Positions 20,714 to 33,419 of a stretch of 64,000 nt of DNA are shown piece after piece (the first letter of the stretch is position 1; every line of letters starts with the position of its first letter). A program made the position numbers and the translations under genes. Under the pieces are notes generated by a model. The model saw only the letters and a list, made by a program, of their open reading frames with translations, made no database searches and had not been told where the DNA came from. Origin of the DNA: an uncultured Nitrososphaerales archaeon (GTDB lineage: Archaea; Thermoproteota; Nitrososphaeria; Nitrososphaerales; Nitrososphaeraceae); NCBI GenBank assembly GCA_963695855.1, contig CAVOHZ010000003.1, forward strand, positions 32,001 to 96,000. Direction: 5' to 3'.

Positions 20714-20859
20714 CTTGAGCTTATTTTTTTCCATTTTTTTTAATTTTTAAAAACAAGATATCAATACTGCAAAAGATAGTGTAGGGTTTACCTTAACAAA
20801 ACTTTCATATTTTCAAAGATATGGAAGATTTATTAAATGACCGTATAATATGATAATTA

Positions 20860-21443
20860 ATGAAAACAAAGATAAAGATAACAATAGTTTTGGGATAATA
20901 ATAATTATAGCAACCGTTTCTACTGCTTTACTTTCAGTATTTCAAACTTATTGTAGCGAATCATTTGGTCAAGCAAATGAAACAGGAGATCTATAATCAT
21001 CTGAAAAAGATAGTTTTTCTCAACTGACAGAATCCTATTTGTTGGGCTCATACTATAAAGAAGATGAACCATCTACCCAAAACACTTGGTTATGATCTCG
21101 CAGGAGAAAGGTTAGTCTTATCAGGTAAAGTATTGGATGTGCTATGTGAAGCAGTTGAGGATGTAGTATTGTATTTCTGGCAGACATTTAGTAGTAGAGA
21201 CTATGATAATTTAGGATACATATTATACTAAGAGAAAAGGTTAAGAGTGATAAGAAAAGCAATTATTTTCTCAATAAAATTTTCCTTAAACAATATTCGC
21301 AGCGTGATATCACACGCCCTAGTCACATTCATCTAAAGGTTGAAGATCCAGCCCAACCAAAAGAGTCTATGATAATGAAAATAAATAAAAGAAAGGATAC
21401 GAAAATAGCCAATTTTGATTTTATTATAGAATATTGTAACTAA
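20860..21443 (+). pseudogene. Secreted intradiol ring-cleavage dioxygenase-like pseudogene
   Basis: Fragments GSYYKE, AGERLVLSGKVLD, VLYFWQT, YDN.G, RPSHIHLKV, NFDFII separated by stops and frameshifts. Confidence 0.7.
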
Positions 21444-21850
21444 TATACTAAATAGTTGCTGTAATGTTTGTAAAAACTAGGAACTGTAAGAACTTTTGAG
21501 TCATTATTCCTTAATCTCAATTTTGCAATGATTTTTGAATAAAATAATGGTAATATATGAAAATAACATCCTGAATTATTGTAGTCAAAAATCCTGTTTT
21601 ATTTATTGATTTTTTTATTAATTGTCAATAATCTCTTATTTCAGCCAAAAAAATTATTCTGCTTTTCCATCTTTGGTATAATTGTTTATAGTACAAAAAG
21701 TTCTAAAATATTATAATAGGTTGATAAATTTGGACCAATTAGTTACAAGTTTATTTTTACTGATAAACCAGCATTTACTGACTTGTGAGAATAAAAAAAT
21801 TACAATCGATCTCAGAAACCGTCAAATAACTTTATTATCTAAGTTTACCA

Positions 21851-22135
21851 TTGATATTTATGGGTTATGAATTTAGAACCAAGGATATTACAAATCCTTA
21901 CAGAAAAATAATAGAAGATTCCATGAAAGATCTTAGTCCAGATATGAAAGATGAAATATTGAAGTTATTGTACTCATGGGAAGGTAAAAGCTCGGCGGTA
22001 AAACTTGAAGCAATTCTAGGTAAGGAAAGATTCACATCTTTAATAAATAAAATTAGAACTAACGCAGAATCTTTAAATGAAGAAGATGAGAAAAATTTGA
22101 AGGATTTGTTTAAAGAATCCGTAACATTTGATTAA
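21851..22135 (+). CDS. Hypothetical helical protein
   Basis: 94-aa ORF with protein-like composition followed by a T/A-rich tract. Confidence 0.6.
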   Translation: MIFMGYEFRTKDITNPYRKIIEDSMKDLSPDMKDEILKLLYSWEGKSSAVKLEAILGKERFTSLINKIRTNAESLNEEDEKNLKDLFKESVTFD

Positions 22136-22432
22136 AAAAATTCTTACTTTGGTATTATAGTGCCAATCTTTAATATGATGTTTTTGTTGTGAAGTAATGA
22201 AGATTCCAAATACATTACAAAAGTTAATCAAATACTAGTATAAATCTCGGAAAATAATCTAAAGATATCAATTTTGTGTTATATGTACCATCCCGATGAT
22301 TTTTTTTTGATTAGTACCTCTAGGGAATCATGTTGTGGATTATAAAAATTAATAATGACAATATTAATAAAATAAAAAAAATATTTTTTATACAAAAATA
22401 TGAAGTGCAAAATTAAAAATTCGAATAACCCT

Positions 22433-22760
22433 TATAGTTTTCGATGAATGAAGTATAATATCTTTGAACTACTTCTACGGTTCTACTGTTCTACTGAAGG
22501 GGTCTATTTTCTCAAATAAATTATCGTTCATCACTCTGGCTGTATCAATAGAATTTTGAATAATTTTTATGTTTAAATTGCTATATACTTCAAAGTATTT
22601 TTCTGGAGCTGTAGATTTTTTCCTTTAAGAATTTAATATCTCATCTTGAAATCTGGTGTAAATTTTTTGATAGCTCCTACTAATATTTTTTTGGAATTCT
22701 ATATAGTTATTGGAAATTTCTTTTATTGCCTCAATCGCTTTTTTTTTGATAATGGTCTAC
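22433..22760 (-). pseudogene. Phasin-like family pseudogene (copy 2)
   Basis: Minus strand AIEAIKEISNNYIEFQKNI..SYQKFY...APEKY.EVY with in-frame stops. Confidence 0.65.
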
Positions 22761-23470
22761 GCAAACAAAGTATCTTGTGGGGAAACTTAAAATGTTGTAT
22801 TTCTTGTTCTTACATTCCATTTTAATAAAAACAACAAGATTATGTGGAATATTATGTTTGTTTAGCACTAGGAGGGTTTGAATGATTTTGCTTAAGGTGC
22901 AGGTCAAGTTCATTCATATTTTTAAAAATCTTATTACAAAACTGACATTTCTTGAATTTTTTACTACTCAAAAAATCTACTAGATGCATAAGATATATAC
23001 CTAAACCGAACATTAAACAATAATACGACTTTCTTTCTAATATCCTTTTGCGACATTAAAAAAATTACATTATTACTATTGTAATATATCGCGATTAAAC
23101 ACAATTAGATTGTCAACACTTGATAATAACAAGAATATTGAAAAGACCGTAAATTAATATCATATTTTAGATTTCACCCAAAAATGGCAAATTCATCGAG
23201 TTCATTTGAAAATAAATAGTATTTGAAAAATAATGATTCTACTGGGGTAGTCAATCTTGAAATCATATCATAAGAATTGACATCATTGTTATTCTATGAT
23301 AAACTATAGACCAATTATTGATATCGATACATAAAATGCCCAAACGAAATAATAAAACCACAATTTATTGATTTATTATCATTTTTATAGAATATTTTAT
23401 GATAAACGGTTCTGGTGTTTTATACTAGAAAATTAAACAAGTTTAATAATTACATGATATATATCAATAT

Positions 23471-23764
23471 ATGGAAGTTGTTGAGCACGATTCCTCTGCA
23501 TATGATGATTCCTCCATACATGATTTAGAATTATCCGTAATTACTAACAAGTTTAATATTTTAGAATCATCGTTTTCTCCCATCCGTGATGAAAGGATTA
23601 ATTTGATTGAAATTGCACAAGGACTAAAAGATCTCTTAATTGAATCAGGGTTTACTATAGAATCTATATTAAATACACAGGCTTTAAGAATCGCTGAAAT
23701 CTTGGGAATAGATGAATCTGTCGTATTATTGATACAAGCAGAAGCTAAAAAAATAGTAAAATAA
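23471..23764 (+). CDS. Hypothetical protein with helix-hairpin-helix-like C-terminus
   Basis: LKDLLIESGFTIESI...RIAEILGIDE..V..I...AKK resembles RadA N-terminal HhH. Confidence 0.5.
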   Translation: MEVVEHDSSAYDDSSIHDLELSVITNKFNILESSFSPIRDERINLIEIAQGLKDLLIESGFTIESILNTQALRIAEILGIDESVVLLIQAEAKKIVK

Positions 23765-24249
23765 TTTATATTTTTTGCATTTGAAATGATTCTGTTCACA
23801 TCATAGATAAGTTATTCTATTATAACAATAACCTGATACACTTTACATAGATCTTTTTCTCAATAGTCATAACACTCCCTTTTCTCATCGCATATTCTGA
23901 AAATTCAACCATAATTCATTTCTTCTAAATACTCCATATTCGTAATTTTTTATAACCAATCAGAGAACTTCTATTCATGTTTAGCACTGTGTTGACCGTC
24001 AAACAAGCATCGTGATCCTCTTGTTTTAAGGACAACCTTAAATGTTGGATTTCCTTCGGTAAGCCAGCAGAAATTGTCTCAATATTTCATATGGGTGTTA
24101 TAAAGATTCTAATGTAATAGAAACCAACATTTTTTTTCTGTATCTGGGTGGCAAAATCCAGATATATAATAAATATTTACAAATTTCAATAGATTTTTAA
24201 TCGTTATGACATTTTTAATCATTCTAAAAGAGCGGGAGTAAAAACGATC

Positions 24250-25931
24250 AAAGATATCCACAAGGATGATTAGTAAAGTTGGTTGATCTGATCGAGGCAT
24301 ATCCAAATAAATTAATATTCATACCGAAGGTATTACTTGTGCTGCATTTCTGCCAGGTGCCATTGATACTGCCGGTCCTGGATGGTTACCTGATCCACAT
24401 AAGTATACATTCTGTATTGAAGGAATTTTATAATTCGACAATTCTGGAATCAGTCTCATATTAAATAATTGATAGGGAGTGACTGCACCACATGAGTGTG
24501 TTCCAAATCTTGTGTTTGTTGGTCTATTTTCAAAATCTAGTGGTGAAAATACTACTCTTTTTATGGTCTCTTTTTTTAAATTTGGAAGATAATTTTCTGT
24601 TATAAAGGATACAATTGAGTCAGCATATTATTCCTTTAAATCATTCCAATTTTCAGCATTTGCTAAATTTGTATTTTCTTTATTTTTCTCATCAGTGTCT
24701 TTATAGTATTTAATTTTGTAAGGAACACTTAGCACAAGAAATTTAATTAGATGTCTTCCTTTTGGCGTTCTGCTTACATCTACCATAGAATCATTACTCA
24801 TAATAGGTAGCGCTTCATCGGAAATCTTACCGCTTCTACATTCATAAAATATCTTTGAAAGGTATTCTACAGAAGGTGGTGAAAGATGAAGTTGAGTTGA
24901 ATTTGTGGCTTCGATATTTTCTTTGGACTTTATGGGATTTTTTAAAGCAATATAAATAGCGAAGATAGAATCACCCCATTCCAAATTTTTCATTCGTTTC
25001 ACAATTACGGAATTTACATTTTCTTCTCCTATGTGATTAATTATTAATGTATATGGATCTGTACTATATGCGATCACTTTTTTTAACACCAATCACTCCC
25101 GTTTTCAAGTTTTACGTCTATTGCTCTTTCATTTTTTATGATTATCTTGTCAACGCCACATTTGGTAATTATACCTCCTCCATTTGTTTTAAGATATCTT
25201 GCTAATGCTAATGGTAGGTTTATGAGGCCGCCTCTTACTACATTGTTACCTTCATGTTGAATTATACTGGAAAAAAGGTAAGATAGTGATACACGCCCTG
25301 CATCATCTGGAGAAAGTCCTACAAATGCTGCAAAAGTTCCAAACATAACTCGTGTCTCTTCAGATTCAAAATATTCATTGCACCAAGATCGCATTGATTG
25401 AATGAGAAATCGATATCTGTTTAATATTATCTCGTCGGCAACTCCTTTTTCGATTTTTTTTATTTTGGAGGATAGTAATTGTGGGGATGAATTAATAGAA
25501 GAAAGATATCCTTTTTTTCTTTTTTATATGATTCAAATAACATTATCCATGTTTGAGCATCTTTTTTGAGTACTTTTCCATGCTCAACCGTTTTTTGTAT
25601 ACCTCGATACATAGAGATAAAACTACCATCTGGAAAAATATGAGAGTAGCAGATCTCTGGTTTTATAAACTCAAAGCCATAATTATGAAGCTGTAATTCA
25701 CCAGGCACTGGAGACAAATTGGCCAGCTGATAACCAAAAGCATGTACATCAGACATATACCCTAGTAGAGGTATCTCTTCAGTTATTGTCATACCGCCGA
25801 TAGAACCATATTTTTCTATTACGAGAACTTTAAGTCCAGATCTCAGCTAAATAACAAGCACAAGTTAAACCGTTATGTCCTGCTCCTATAACTATGGCGT
25901 CATAATAGGGTTGAATAATATCATTTGTCAA
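24250..25931 (-). pseudogene. Phytoene-dehydrogenase-like FAD oxidoreductase pseudogene (several frameshifts)
   Basis: YDAIVIGAGHNGLTCA Rossmann start, track ORFs 25460-25792, 25083-25394 and 24628-25092, C-terminal GSGNHPGPAVSMAPGRNAA. Confidence 0.85.
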
Positions 25932-26347
25932 AACAATCAATTCATCTTTTTTTAAAGCATATTTGGTATCTTAATGATACATAAAAGTTTAATACAAAAG
26001 ATATTCCCTCTTAATCTGAAGATTATTACAGTTGTTTATTTCCAATTAGACAAATGTTGCTAGTATTACTCTTATATAGAAATATTTCATCTCAACATCC
26101 AATTTAGTATTATTTTTATATTCTAATTTTTGGCAAAATTATCACAACTTTCTATCTTGACTAGCATAATCCTCCCAATTGTCTTTTTTACTAATATTTC
26201 ATGGTAGTGAACATTTATTTGATACCAACTAGATAAATATGATCTATAATATTCCAAATATATCGTTAATCATATGGTTGAATTTGATTACATATCAGTT
26301 AACTTCGTTAACTGATAATTAAATAGGCTATTGTTACATTTTGTCTG

Positions 26348-26545
26348 ATGTCTAAGGATAAAGCTAGATCCAAAATCTCAAATTTATTTAAATTCAAAGA
26401 AAAATTTTATAAAACCAAAGATGATCACGAAATTTTCAAATGTAAGGTATGTAAGATGGAATTCGATAATAAAGACCGAATGGATATTCATAAAAAAATT
26501 GCACATTCAGGAAAAGGAGAAAAGAAGAAACAGTCAAGACATTAA
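26348..26545 (+). CDS. Small C2H2 zinc-finger protein
   Basis: FKCKVCKMEFDNKDRMDIHKKIAH. Confidence 0.8.
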   Translation: MSKDKARSKISNLFKFKEKFYKTKDDHEIFKCKVCKMEFDNKDRMDIHKKIAHSGKGEKKKQSRH

Positions 26546-27004
26546 ATTTTTACTTTAGAGTGTATGATAGTTCAAAAATTATATTAATGGGTGGCATATC
26601 AATAAAAATTCTAGATTTAATAATCATTGTCAGCAGTTGTAGCAGTTAAAGAAATTAGAGCGAAGACATTTCTATACTTGTTATAGACAAACTGAAGAAA
26701 TAGAGTATTAAAATTTAAAATTACTAAGATCTACTTATTTGTATAACTGTGTATATATATCAAACAATAAAAAGTAGTTATGTCAACATTGGTAATTAAA
26801 ATCAATGTAAGATAAATGAAAGAATTTTTGCGTCATGAAAAGACTGTTTGATGAAGGAATAATATCTAGATTGATACGAATGCAAAATAGATATTTGAAT
26901 TTGAGATTTATATGATGCGATGTTCAAAGGATGATAATTTTCAATATTTTATGGATGGTTTCTGCTAAGTTTTATTTATATTAAGCATAAACAATATTAG
27001 ACAT

Positions 27005-27208
27005 TTAAACTACTTCAATTGACGTCTTCAAGTCAAAAAAATTCAAAACTGATTTTAAATTTTCAATTTTATTTGGTAAATGATCGCTTTTATCTTCTGT
27101 ACAGTTCGATAGATTTTCACACGTCTTAATTTGAGCCATTATTATCTCCTTTCTATCAATACAAAGAGTGTGACATAGTTCCGTAATTAAGTATATGACA
27201 TTTGTCAC
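27005..27208 (-). CDS. Hypothetical small protein
   Basis: 67-aa ORF, helical composition, no recognised motif. Confidence 0.4.
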   Translation of the reverse strand: MTNVIYLITELCHTLCIDRKEIIMAQIKTCENLSNCTEDKSDHLPNKIENLKSVLNFFDLKTSIEVV

Positions 27209-27675
27209 AGGATTTTAAGTATAATCATATATGTAATAAGACCTAGACATGTAATTGAAAATTGTTCACGTAAATTATATAGAGATGTAGAAATTCCAAT
27301 TGAAGATATAGAGATTATATCTGTAGAATGGATGAAAATATAAATTCAAAGTCTTTTATAAAAATAAAAACGAATCACTTATAATTTCTATCCGAAGTGT
27401 TTTTATCCTAAAACATCGATACCTTTCTCTCATATTATAATATATTTCCGAAATGATTATGAAGGATATAAATCAGTCTTATTTTCGATTAAATCTCTAG
27501 ACTCTAAATTTGGATAAGAATATCGAAGGGAAAGAAAATATAATATGCTTTTAATTATTACGAATATTTGCATCGGTGGATGAATAAAGCTGTCATAATA
27601 ATCTAGCAAGTTAATCTAGAATAGAGAAGGAAAAGTTTTTGATTCAAATAATATAATTGATTATCAAGATTTGAG

Positions 27676-27918
27676 ATGAGAGAAGGATTATCCTTTACTG
27701 CAGTTCGTCAGGATATGAAAATAGATAATAATATCAAATTGTTATTTGATAAAATTGCAGATATAGAAAATATATTTGGTAATATGTGTTACGTAGTAAT
27801 GGGATCGGATTATGGATCACCTATAAATGAATTACAACCCGAAGATCAGGAGAAATTAGTTGATTGGATTGAAAGAAATTTAGATTCTTCTCATGTTTTT
27901 AATTATTGTTCAAAATAA
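27676..27918 (+). CDS. Hypothetical small protein
   Basis: 80-aa ORF with ATG start; no recognised motif. Confidence 0.45.
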   Translation: MREGLSFTAVRQDMKIDNNIKLLFDKIADIENIFGNMCYVVMGSDYGSPINELQPEDQEKLVDWIERNLDSSHVFNYCSK

Positions 27919-28119
27919 CCAATCATTTACGTATCTAAACTTAATGAAGGAAGTAATCGCATTCGTTTAACTATTTTGTATTTCAACATCTGGATATGAG
28001 AACATTCAAAATGTTCAGAACTAATAATAATTTGAAGCATAAAGTTTTCCTTGATTCTAATTGTTTATACCTAATTATCTTGATAGTATAGATAGCTGAA
28101 GAGTTTTAAACGATTTCAA

Positions 28120-28356
28120 TCAATTAAAATCATAAGGGATCAATGTCATAGTGGACTGTATGTTGCTAATTTTTCTAATCCGTCTTTGAATTATATCTTC
28201 TAGATCACCAATTTTGTCAAATAATATTTCAACTATGATGTCATATACGCCATAAACTATACTACATGTCAATACATCCTCTATTGATTTAATACTTGCA
28301 GCAACAAGCCTTTCATTACCCGATTTACAGTTAATTAAGATATATGCCTTGGGCAT
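28120..28356 (-). CDS. Stand-alone Lrp/AsnC ligand-binding (RAM) domain
   Basis: AYILINC..G.E, V.GVYDIIVEI, IRKI.NI.ST.TLI. Confidence 0.9.
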   Translation of the reverse strand: MPKAYILINCKSGNERLVAASIKSIEDVLTCSIVYGVYDIIVEILFDKIGDLEDIIQRRIRKISNIQSTMTLIPYDFN

Positions 28357-29149
28357 TAGAATTTAATAAGAGGATCTAACCAAAAAACTTTTGTCCAAGA
28401 TTTAATAATTTAAAAGATTAATCTAATGATAAACTTTTATTGTTATTTAATCAATATAACGTTGAAGTCTCGTTAAAATCATCTTAATTTTAAAAACATC
28501 TTAAAAATAAGCAAAATTCTTGTTTGTTATTCTGGTTGTAGTTGCTCACATCGCCTAGAAAAAGTTTGTTACGCTTTATTTTATATACAGGAAAAAAAGA
28601 TCTTTCCTATTATTTTCAAATCCTAGATACGGTAGAAATGAATTCTACCGTATGGGAAAATTCTATAGTTATCACAAAATAAGCATTTATCAGAATGGAT
28701 AAGGCAAGACCTAAGAATTTTATTTTCTTATAAAAGTTTCCGAACCCAAGATACATATAAAAAGATTGGCTGTTCACAAATGTGCATTATCATGATCTAA
28801 AAAATTAACATGTTTTCACAACTTGAAATTTCAAATAGAGTCGGAGCTATTCTTACACAATAACATCGTAGTTTCACCGTTGGATTTTAGAATCACTGAG
28901 AATTTTGTTGATATATTACATTCAGCTTATCACAGTTATAAGAATATAAACATTCATCATAAGATTCAGCAGATACGTGAGAAATGTTAAACATTATGAG
29001 ATTGCAGAAGTGAGGGATCTACAGTTAGCAGATGGCCTGCAATTTATATTTTGGTTTTAATAATCGAAATATATTTAAAATTAAAAAGTTTTACCAAATT
29101 CCCTATTAATAACGATTAGATTTAGGTTGTAAACGAAAATAAAACTATT

Positions 29150-29698
29150 TCATGAGCAGTCTGTTTTTTTCACACAATCCAAATAACTCTGAATTATGTC
29201 TTGGTAAAATCTTTGTGTAACCTCTATGGATTTCATAAAGGTGTTCAAATTTTTGTTAATAATATTGTCTAAAAATTTTTGTGAGGTGTCTGTATTTCTA
29301 ATTGAACTGGCATACCTATTCGTATCATAGAACATACGATGTGTAACTTTTTTATGGGTAGGAATATAATCCAATGACGAATCGAAAATATCCTGTAATA
29401 AATTTGAATATATCATGTTATAAGTACTAATCATGTCCATGTGAAGATTTATGTAGTAGCTTGCAATCTCTCTGACTGTCCTAATAATTTCTTCTTGATC
29501 TTGCATGATATCCTCCTCTACAATATATGGTGATGGTATAGTTTTTTGATTTTTCACCTGGTAGATAATAGCATGTCCGAATTTGTTAGGTAAATGTTGC
29601 TCTTTGAATTCAGCATTCTTCTCTTTTTTATTGATATCTTTTTCTATAGTCTTTATCTTCTTAGATAATCTATGGTTCAAGATTTGTTCAGATATCAA
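29150..29698 (-). CDS. Phasin-like family protein, divergent (copy 3)
   Basis: QEEIIRTVREIASYYINLH..IS.Y and FMKSIEVTQRFYQDIIQSY match the family. Confidence 0.55.
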   Translation of the reverse strand: MISEQILNHRLSKKIKTIEKDINKKEKNAEFKEQHLPNKFGHAIIYQVKNQKTIPSPYIVEEDIMQDQEEIIRTVREIASYYINLHMDMISTYNMIYSNLLQDIFDSSLDYIPTHKKVTHRMFYDTNRYASSIRNTDTSQKFLDNIINKNLNTFMKSIEVTQRFYQDIIQSYLDCVKKTDCS

Positions 29699-31140
29699 TA
29701 CATGATACTACATATTCTTACTTATAAGGAGTGGGTGTACAGGATCGTAAACAGACAGCATAAAAATTAATAACTATAGATTGCCAGCATTATACATTTA
29801 TGATTTTATTCTCTAATGTGGGAGAAATTCTTGCACCTATGATAATCAATCTGATACTCCAGGTATCGCAGGAATATTATGCATATGGATCTGTATTGAA
29901 TCAGACGAAGACTTGAATGTGACATTGATATATGAAATAATTAAAAACTTTGCAGTCCTATAAAAAGCAAAAATTCCATTCATAATATGATTTGAATTGT
30001 TCTTAACTTGCTATGACCAAACGAAGGGAGCTAAAATATCAAATAGACGTTCCATTGACAGAAAACTGAAAAAGTACTATTCGAAATAAGATTCTAAACT
30101 CATAGTATTCTTTTCTTATTCTAAAAAAAATTATTTATCACATGGTTTTGTATTTATAGAGTTCTTCATTCATCAGAATTTACACTTAAAAATAATTCGC
30201 TTCCTTTAAACATATCAAATCATTCCATTGGAATTTTATAAATTCGTTTTCCTTGTACAGTTATATATTTTTCATAATTTGCAATCAAATTTCCTAAATA
30301 GTTTTCATCCTTTGATCTACCGCATTTTGGAATTAATTTATTCTAATCGTGTACGTTCTAGATTTTATTTAAAATACATATCACAAAATATTCATATAAA
30401 AAATTCTGCTTTAAAATTTATTAATACTAAATAATGTTCAAGAATATCTCTTTTTCCATTTCCTTCAGAATTACCTTCTGGTTGTCACTTTCCGATTTTT
30501 CAATTTGATTTCTATTATTTCTGTTCCGCAAACTCCTTTCTTGTTAAAAAGAACGGAAATATGTTGCTCTAGTTGTTACTGAGTTATAGTAGGTGATACT
30601 AATTACATAGTCCTTCTACATGCATTAAATTTAACGTGATATTTTTTAATATATCATAAAAATCAACATTCGTAAATTCGCTTTTTGTTCGTCATGTAAC
30701 CCACCATTTTTATCTTTGTAATAAGAATCCGGTGCAATAATCACCAATATCTAAAGATTTAATCTATGCCAAAAATATATAAGGATAAAAGCTCACTGGT
30801 TACTTTATACCAACAATAATTAAATAACAAGATGAAATATGATATCACAAAATCTGCTGAATGAAACTAAGAATACTCTACCAGAAGAGAAAAAACAACA
30901 ATCATAATATCAAGTCCAATTATTAATTCTATAAAAGTACTTGATCGTATAAGGTTGGTCCTGAGTACTGAATGTCAGCGGAAAATGCTACCTAGGCAAT
31001 GTGTTTCAGGTTTCATATGTCATGGAGCATTTTAATATGCGTAAATTAGAGTATATTTGACAAATTATGAATTAGATTATTAAAATTTCAGATAAGGCAA
31101 TAATATAATTATTTATAAAAAGAAAAAAATGAATTTTTAT

Positions 31141-31695
31141 TTATCTGTTATACGATCTTTCTATTTTCCTTGCGTAATTAAAGTTATTTTGTAAAATGTC
31201 GTTATAATACTTTTGTGTGAGTTCTAATGTTTTATTAAAATTTTCCACACTGCCTACTATAACCTCGTTTATCAAATTTGTTGCGTTGACTGTACCATCC
31301 TGTATATTTTTGTTTAATGAATTATATGTTTCAGAGTATCTTTCTGGAATCTTGAAATTTTGCCAGTATGACTTGGTGATGTTGTCCAAGAATTGAACGT
31401 ACGATGATTGATATGTACTAATGATATTTTTTTGTAATTCCACGGAGTTATTTGATATTTCCTGTGAAGTTTTGCTGATTTGTTCTTGATATTTTCTGAA
31501 GGTATCTACATTCTTTTCGAAGATTCTTCTATTATCTTCTTGAAATCTATTTACTCTTTCAGTAATATTTTCTGTTGTGTCTGTTATGTTAGCTGCTGTA
31601 TCCTTAATTTGTTGATTTTGTTGTTCGACGTATTTGTCCGATGATTCTTTTATCTTGTTAGTAATTTCCTTTACGTTATCTTTTTGAGATGACAT
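31141..31695 (-). CDS. Phasin-like family protein (copy 4)
   Basis: ISNNSVELQKNIISTYQS..YWQNFKIPERY; FNKTLELTQKYYND. Confidence 0.6.
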   Translation of the reverse strand: MSSQKDNVKEITNKIKESSDKYVEQQNQQIKDTAANITDTTENITERVNRFQEDNRRIFEKNVDTFRKYQEQISKTSQEISNNSVELQKNIISTYQSSYVQFLDNITKSYWQNFKIPERYSETYNSLNKNIQDGTVNATNLINEVIVGSVENFNKTLELTQKYYNDILQNNFNYARKIERSYNR

Positions 31696-31949
31696 ACAAT
31701 AACATCAGACCTGAAAGAATATTAAGATTTATACTATTGACTATAGATTATCCATTTTATTATATAGTAATTAAATTTTGTCTCGATATGGAAGTTGATT
31801 AGCGAATATTATTAAGTACAAAATGAAATTTTCACATTAGCAATATATTTACAATATAATTCGGAATTGCATATGTATAGGCCATTACGATTTACAAGGA
31901 ATTCTGCTTTACTTGCTTATTAAAGATAGGTACAATTTAATGACTTGAA

Positions 31950-31974
31950 TGGAGGGGAAGGGATTCGAATCCTC
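31950..31974 (-). repeat. Isolated tRNA 3'-end fragment (att-like scar; possibly tRNA-Leu type)
   Basis: Reverse complement GAGGATTCGAATCCCTTCCCCTCCA = T-loop, T-stem, acceptor strand and discriminator; no 5' half. Confidence 0.7.
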
Positions 31975-32076
31975 AGATAGAATCTCTAATTTCTTGGGAT
32001 TCATAGATTAATTAACACGGGGAGATATTGATAACTTTTATGTATATGGACTGTCTCCAGTAATGGTCCCCTTATT

Positions 32077-32205
32077 TCATTCAAAACCAGACTCGTTGTT
32101 GTCATCGAAATCGTCTTCTTTAATTTCTTCAAATTCATCATCTATGCCTACTTCATCATCCTCTTCATCTTCTTCTAAACCATCTTTCTCTGGCACTTCC
32201 TCCAT
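32077..32205 (-). CDS. 42-aa hyper-acidic microprotein (not in ORF track)
   Basis: MEEVPEKDGLEEDEEDDEVGIDDEFEEIKEDDFDDNNESGFE*; 24 of 42 residues are D/E. Confidence 0.55.
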   Translation of the reverse strand: MEEVPEKDGLEEDEEDDEVGIDDEFEEIKEDDFDDNNESGFE

Positions 32206-32339
32206 TTTGCGATTACAAATTAATCATGTCTAAGAATATAACCGTTAGGGAATCGCATAATTTGTTGATACGTAAATTCTTGTATGGCAAGACTGAAATA
32301 AATGAAGGATATATTTAGAATAGAGAGGAAGAGAAAATA

Positions 32340-33098
32340 ATGATTGACCGTTTAGAAGAACACAAGATTGTTTCCAAGGAAGAGTGGATCGAGGCTCGTA
32401 AGGCACTACTCAAGAAGGAGAAAGAGTTTACAATCTTGCGCGACCAACTTAGCCAGCAACGACGCGATCTCCCGTGGGTAGCCGTTAATAAAGAGTATGT
32501 TTTTGAGGGAGAGAATGGAAAACAAACTCTCTCAGAGCTTTTTGACGGAAGAAGTCAATTAATAGTATATCATTTTATGTTTGATCCAAGCTGGGAGGCA
32601 GGATGTTTGCATTGTTCCTTTTGGGCGGACAATTTCAATGGAATAATTGTGCACTTGAACCATAGGGATACGACCATGATCGCTGTTTCACGGGCGCCGT
32701 ACAGTAAGCTGGCAGGGTACCAAAAGCGGATGGGGTGGGATTTCAAGTGGGTTTCTTCTTATGATACAGATTTCAATTTCGATTACCACGTTTCATTCAC
32801 GCAGGAAGAGTTAGCCAAGAAGAAAGGCTTCTACAACTTCGTTGCCCAAGACACAAATAGTCCAGAGCGAGAAGGAGTAAGCGTATTTTTTAAAGACCCT
32901 ACTGGTCGCATCTTCCTCACCTATTCAGCATATGCCCGTGGCATCGATATGTTAAATGTTGCGTACCACTATCTTGACCTGGTTCCCAAGGGTAGAGATG
33001 AGACTGGTCACGAATTTCGTCAATTCTGGGTACGCCGCCATAATGAATACAACGAATCCTCTTTCTCCACCTGGCTCCCTTCCTCAAACTATAAATAG
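32340..33098 (+). CDS. DUF899 thioredoxin-like protein
   Basis: EEW..ARKALL.KEKE, RR.LPW, LFDGRSQLIVYHFMF, GCxxCS, GRDE motifs; visibly higher GC than its flanks. Confidence 0.9.
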   Translation: MIDRLEEHKIVSKEEWIEARKALLKKEKEFTILRDQLSQQRRDLPWVAVNKEYVFEGENGKQTLSELFDGRSQLIVYHFMFDPSWEAGCLHCSFWADNFNGIIVHLNHRDTTMIAVSRAPYSKLAGYQKRMGWDFKWVSSYDTDFNFDYHVSFTQEELAKKKGFYNFVAQDTNSPEREGVSVFFKDPTGRIFLTYSAYARGIDMLNVAYHYLDLVPKGRDETGHEFRQFWVRRHNEYNESSFSTWLPSSNYK

Positions 33099-33419
33099 GT
33101 AATATTAATACTACTCGTGTTCGTAGTTTAAGACAATTTACGATACTCTCGTTCACACAAGATAATCATGATAAATGGTAATACCTAGCGCAATCTTTTT
33201 TTGCACGCATGGCAAATCATATTCAAAACAAACAGACAAGATTGTCAAAATACTGGTGGATAATCTCGTTCAGGTCTATCTTAAACTAGCAATTTGTGTT
33301 AAAATCTCTCCACCTTTGTATGGATCTTTACATTCTCTATATTTCATCCTCATCTCTTTTTCAATAAACTCTGCTTTGTCTATCTTATCTAAATGCTGAT
33401 CCACAAATCCTACTTCTGC

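Noticed and set aside
23830-24090. Possible F420-dependent/PNPOx-like gene remnant on the minus strand
   Set aside because: Only two short peptide resemblances across several stops; too weak to call.
28627-28653. Perfect 11-bp hairpin ATACGGTAGAA-N5-TTCTACCGTAT
   Set aside because: Single copy in degraded intergenic DNA with no associated gene end; no function can be supported.
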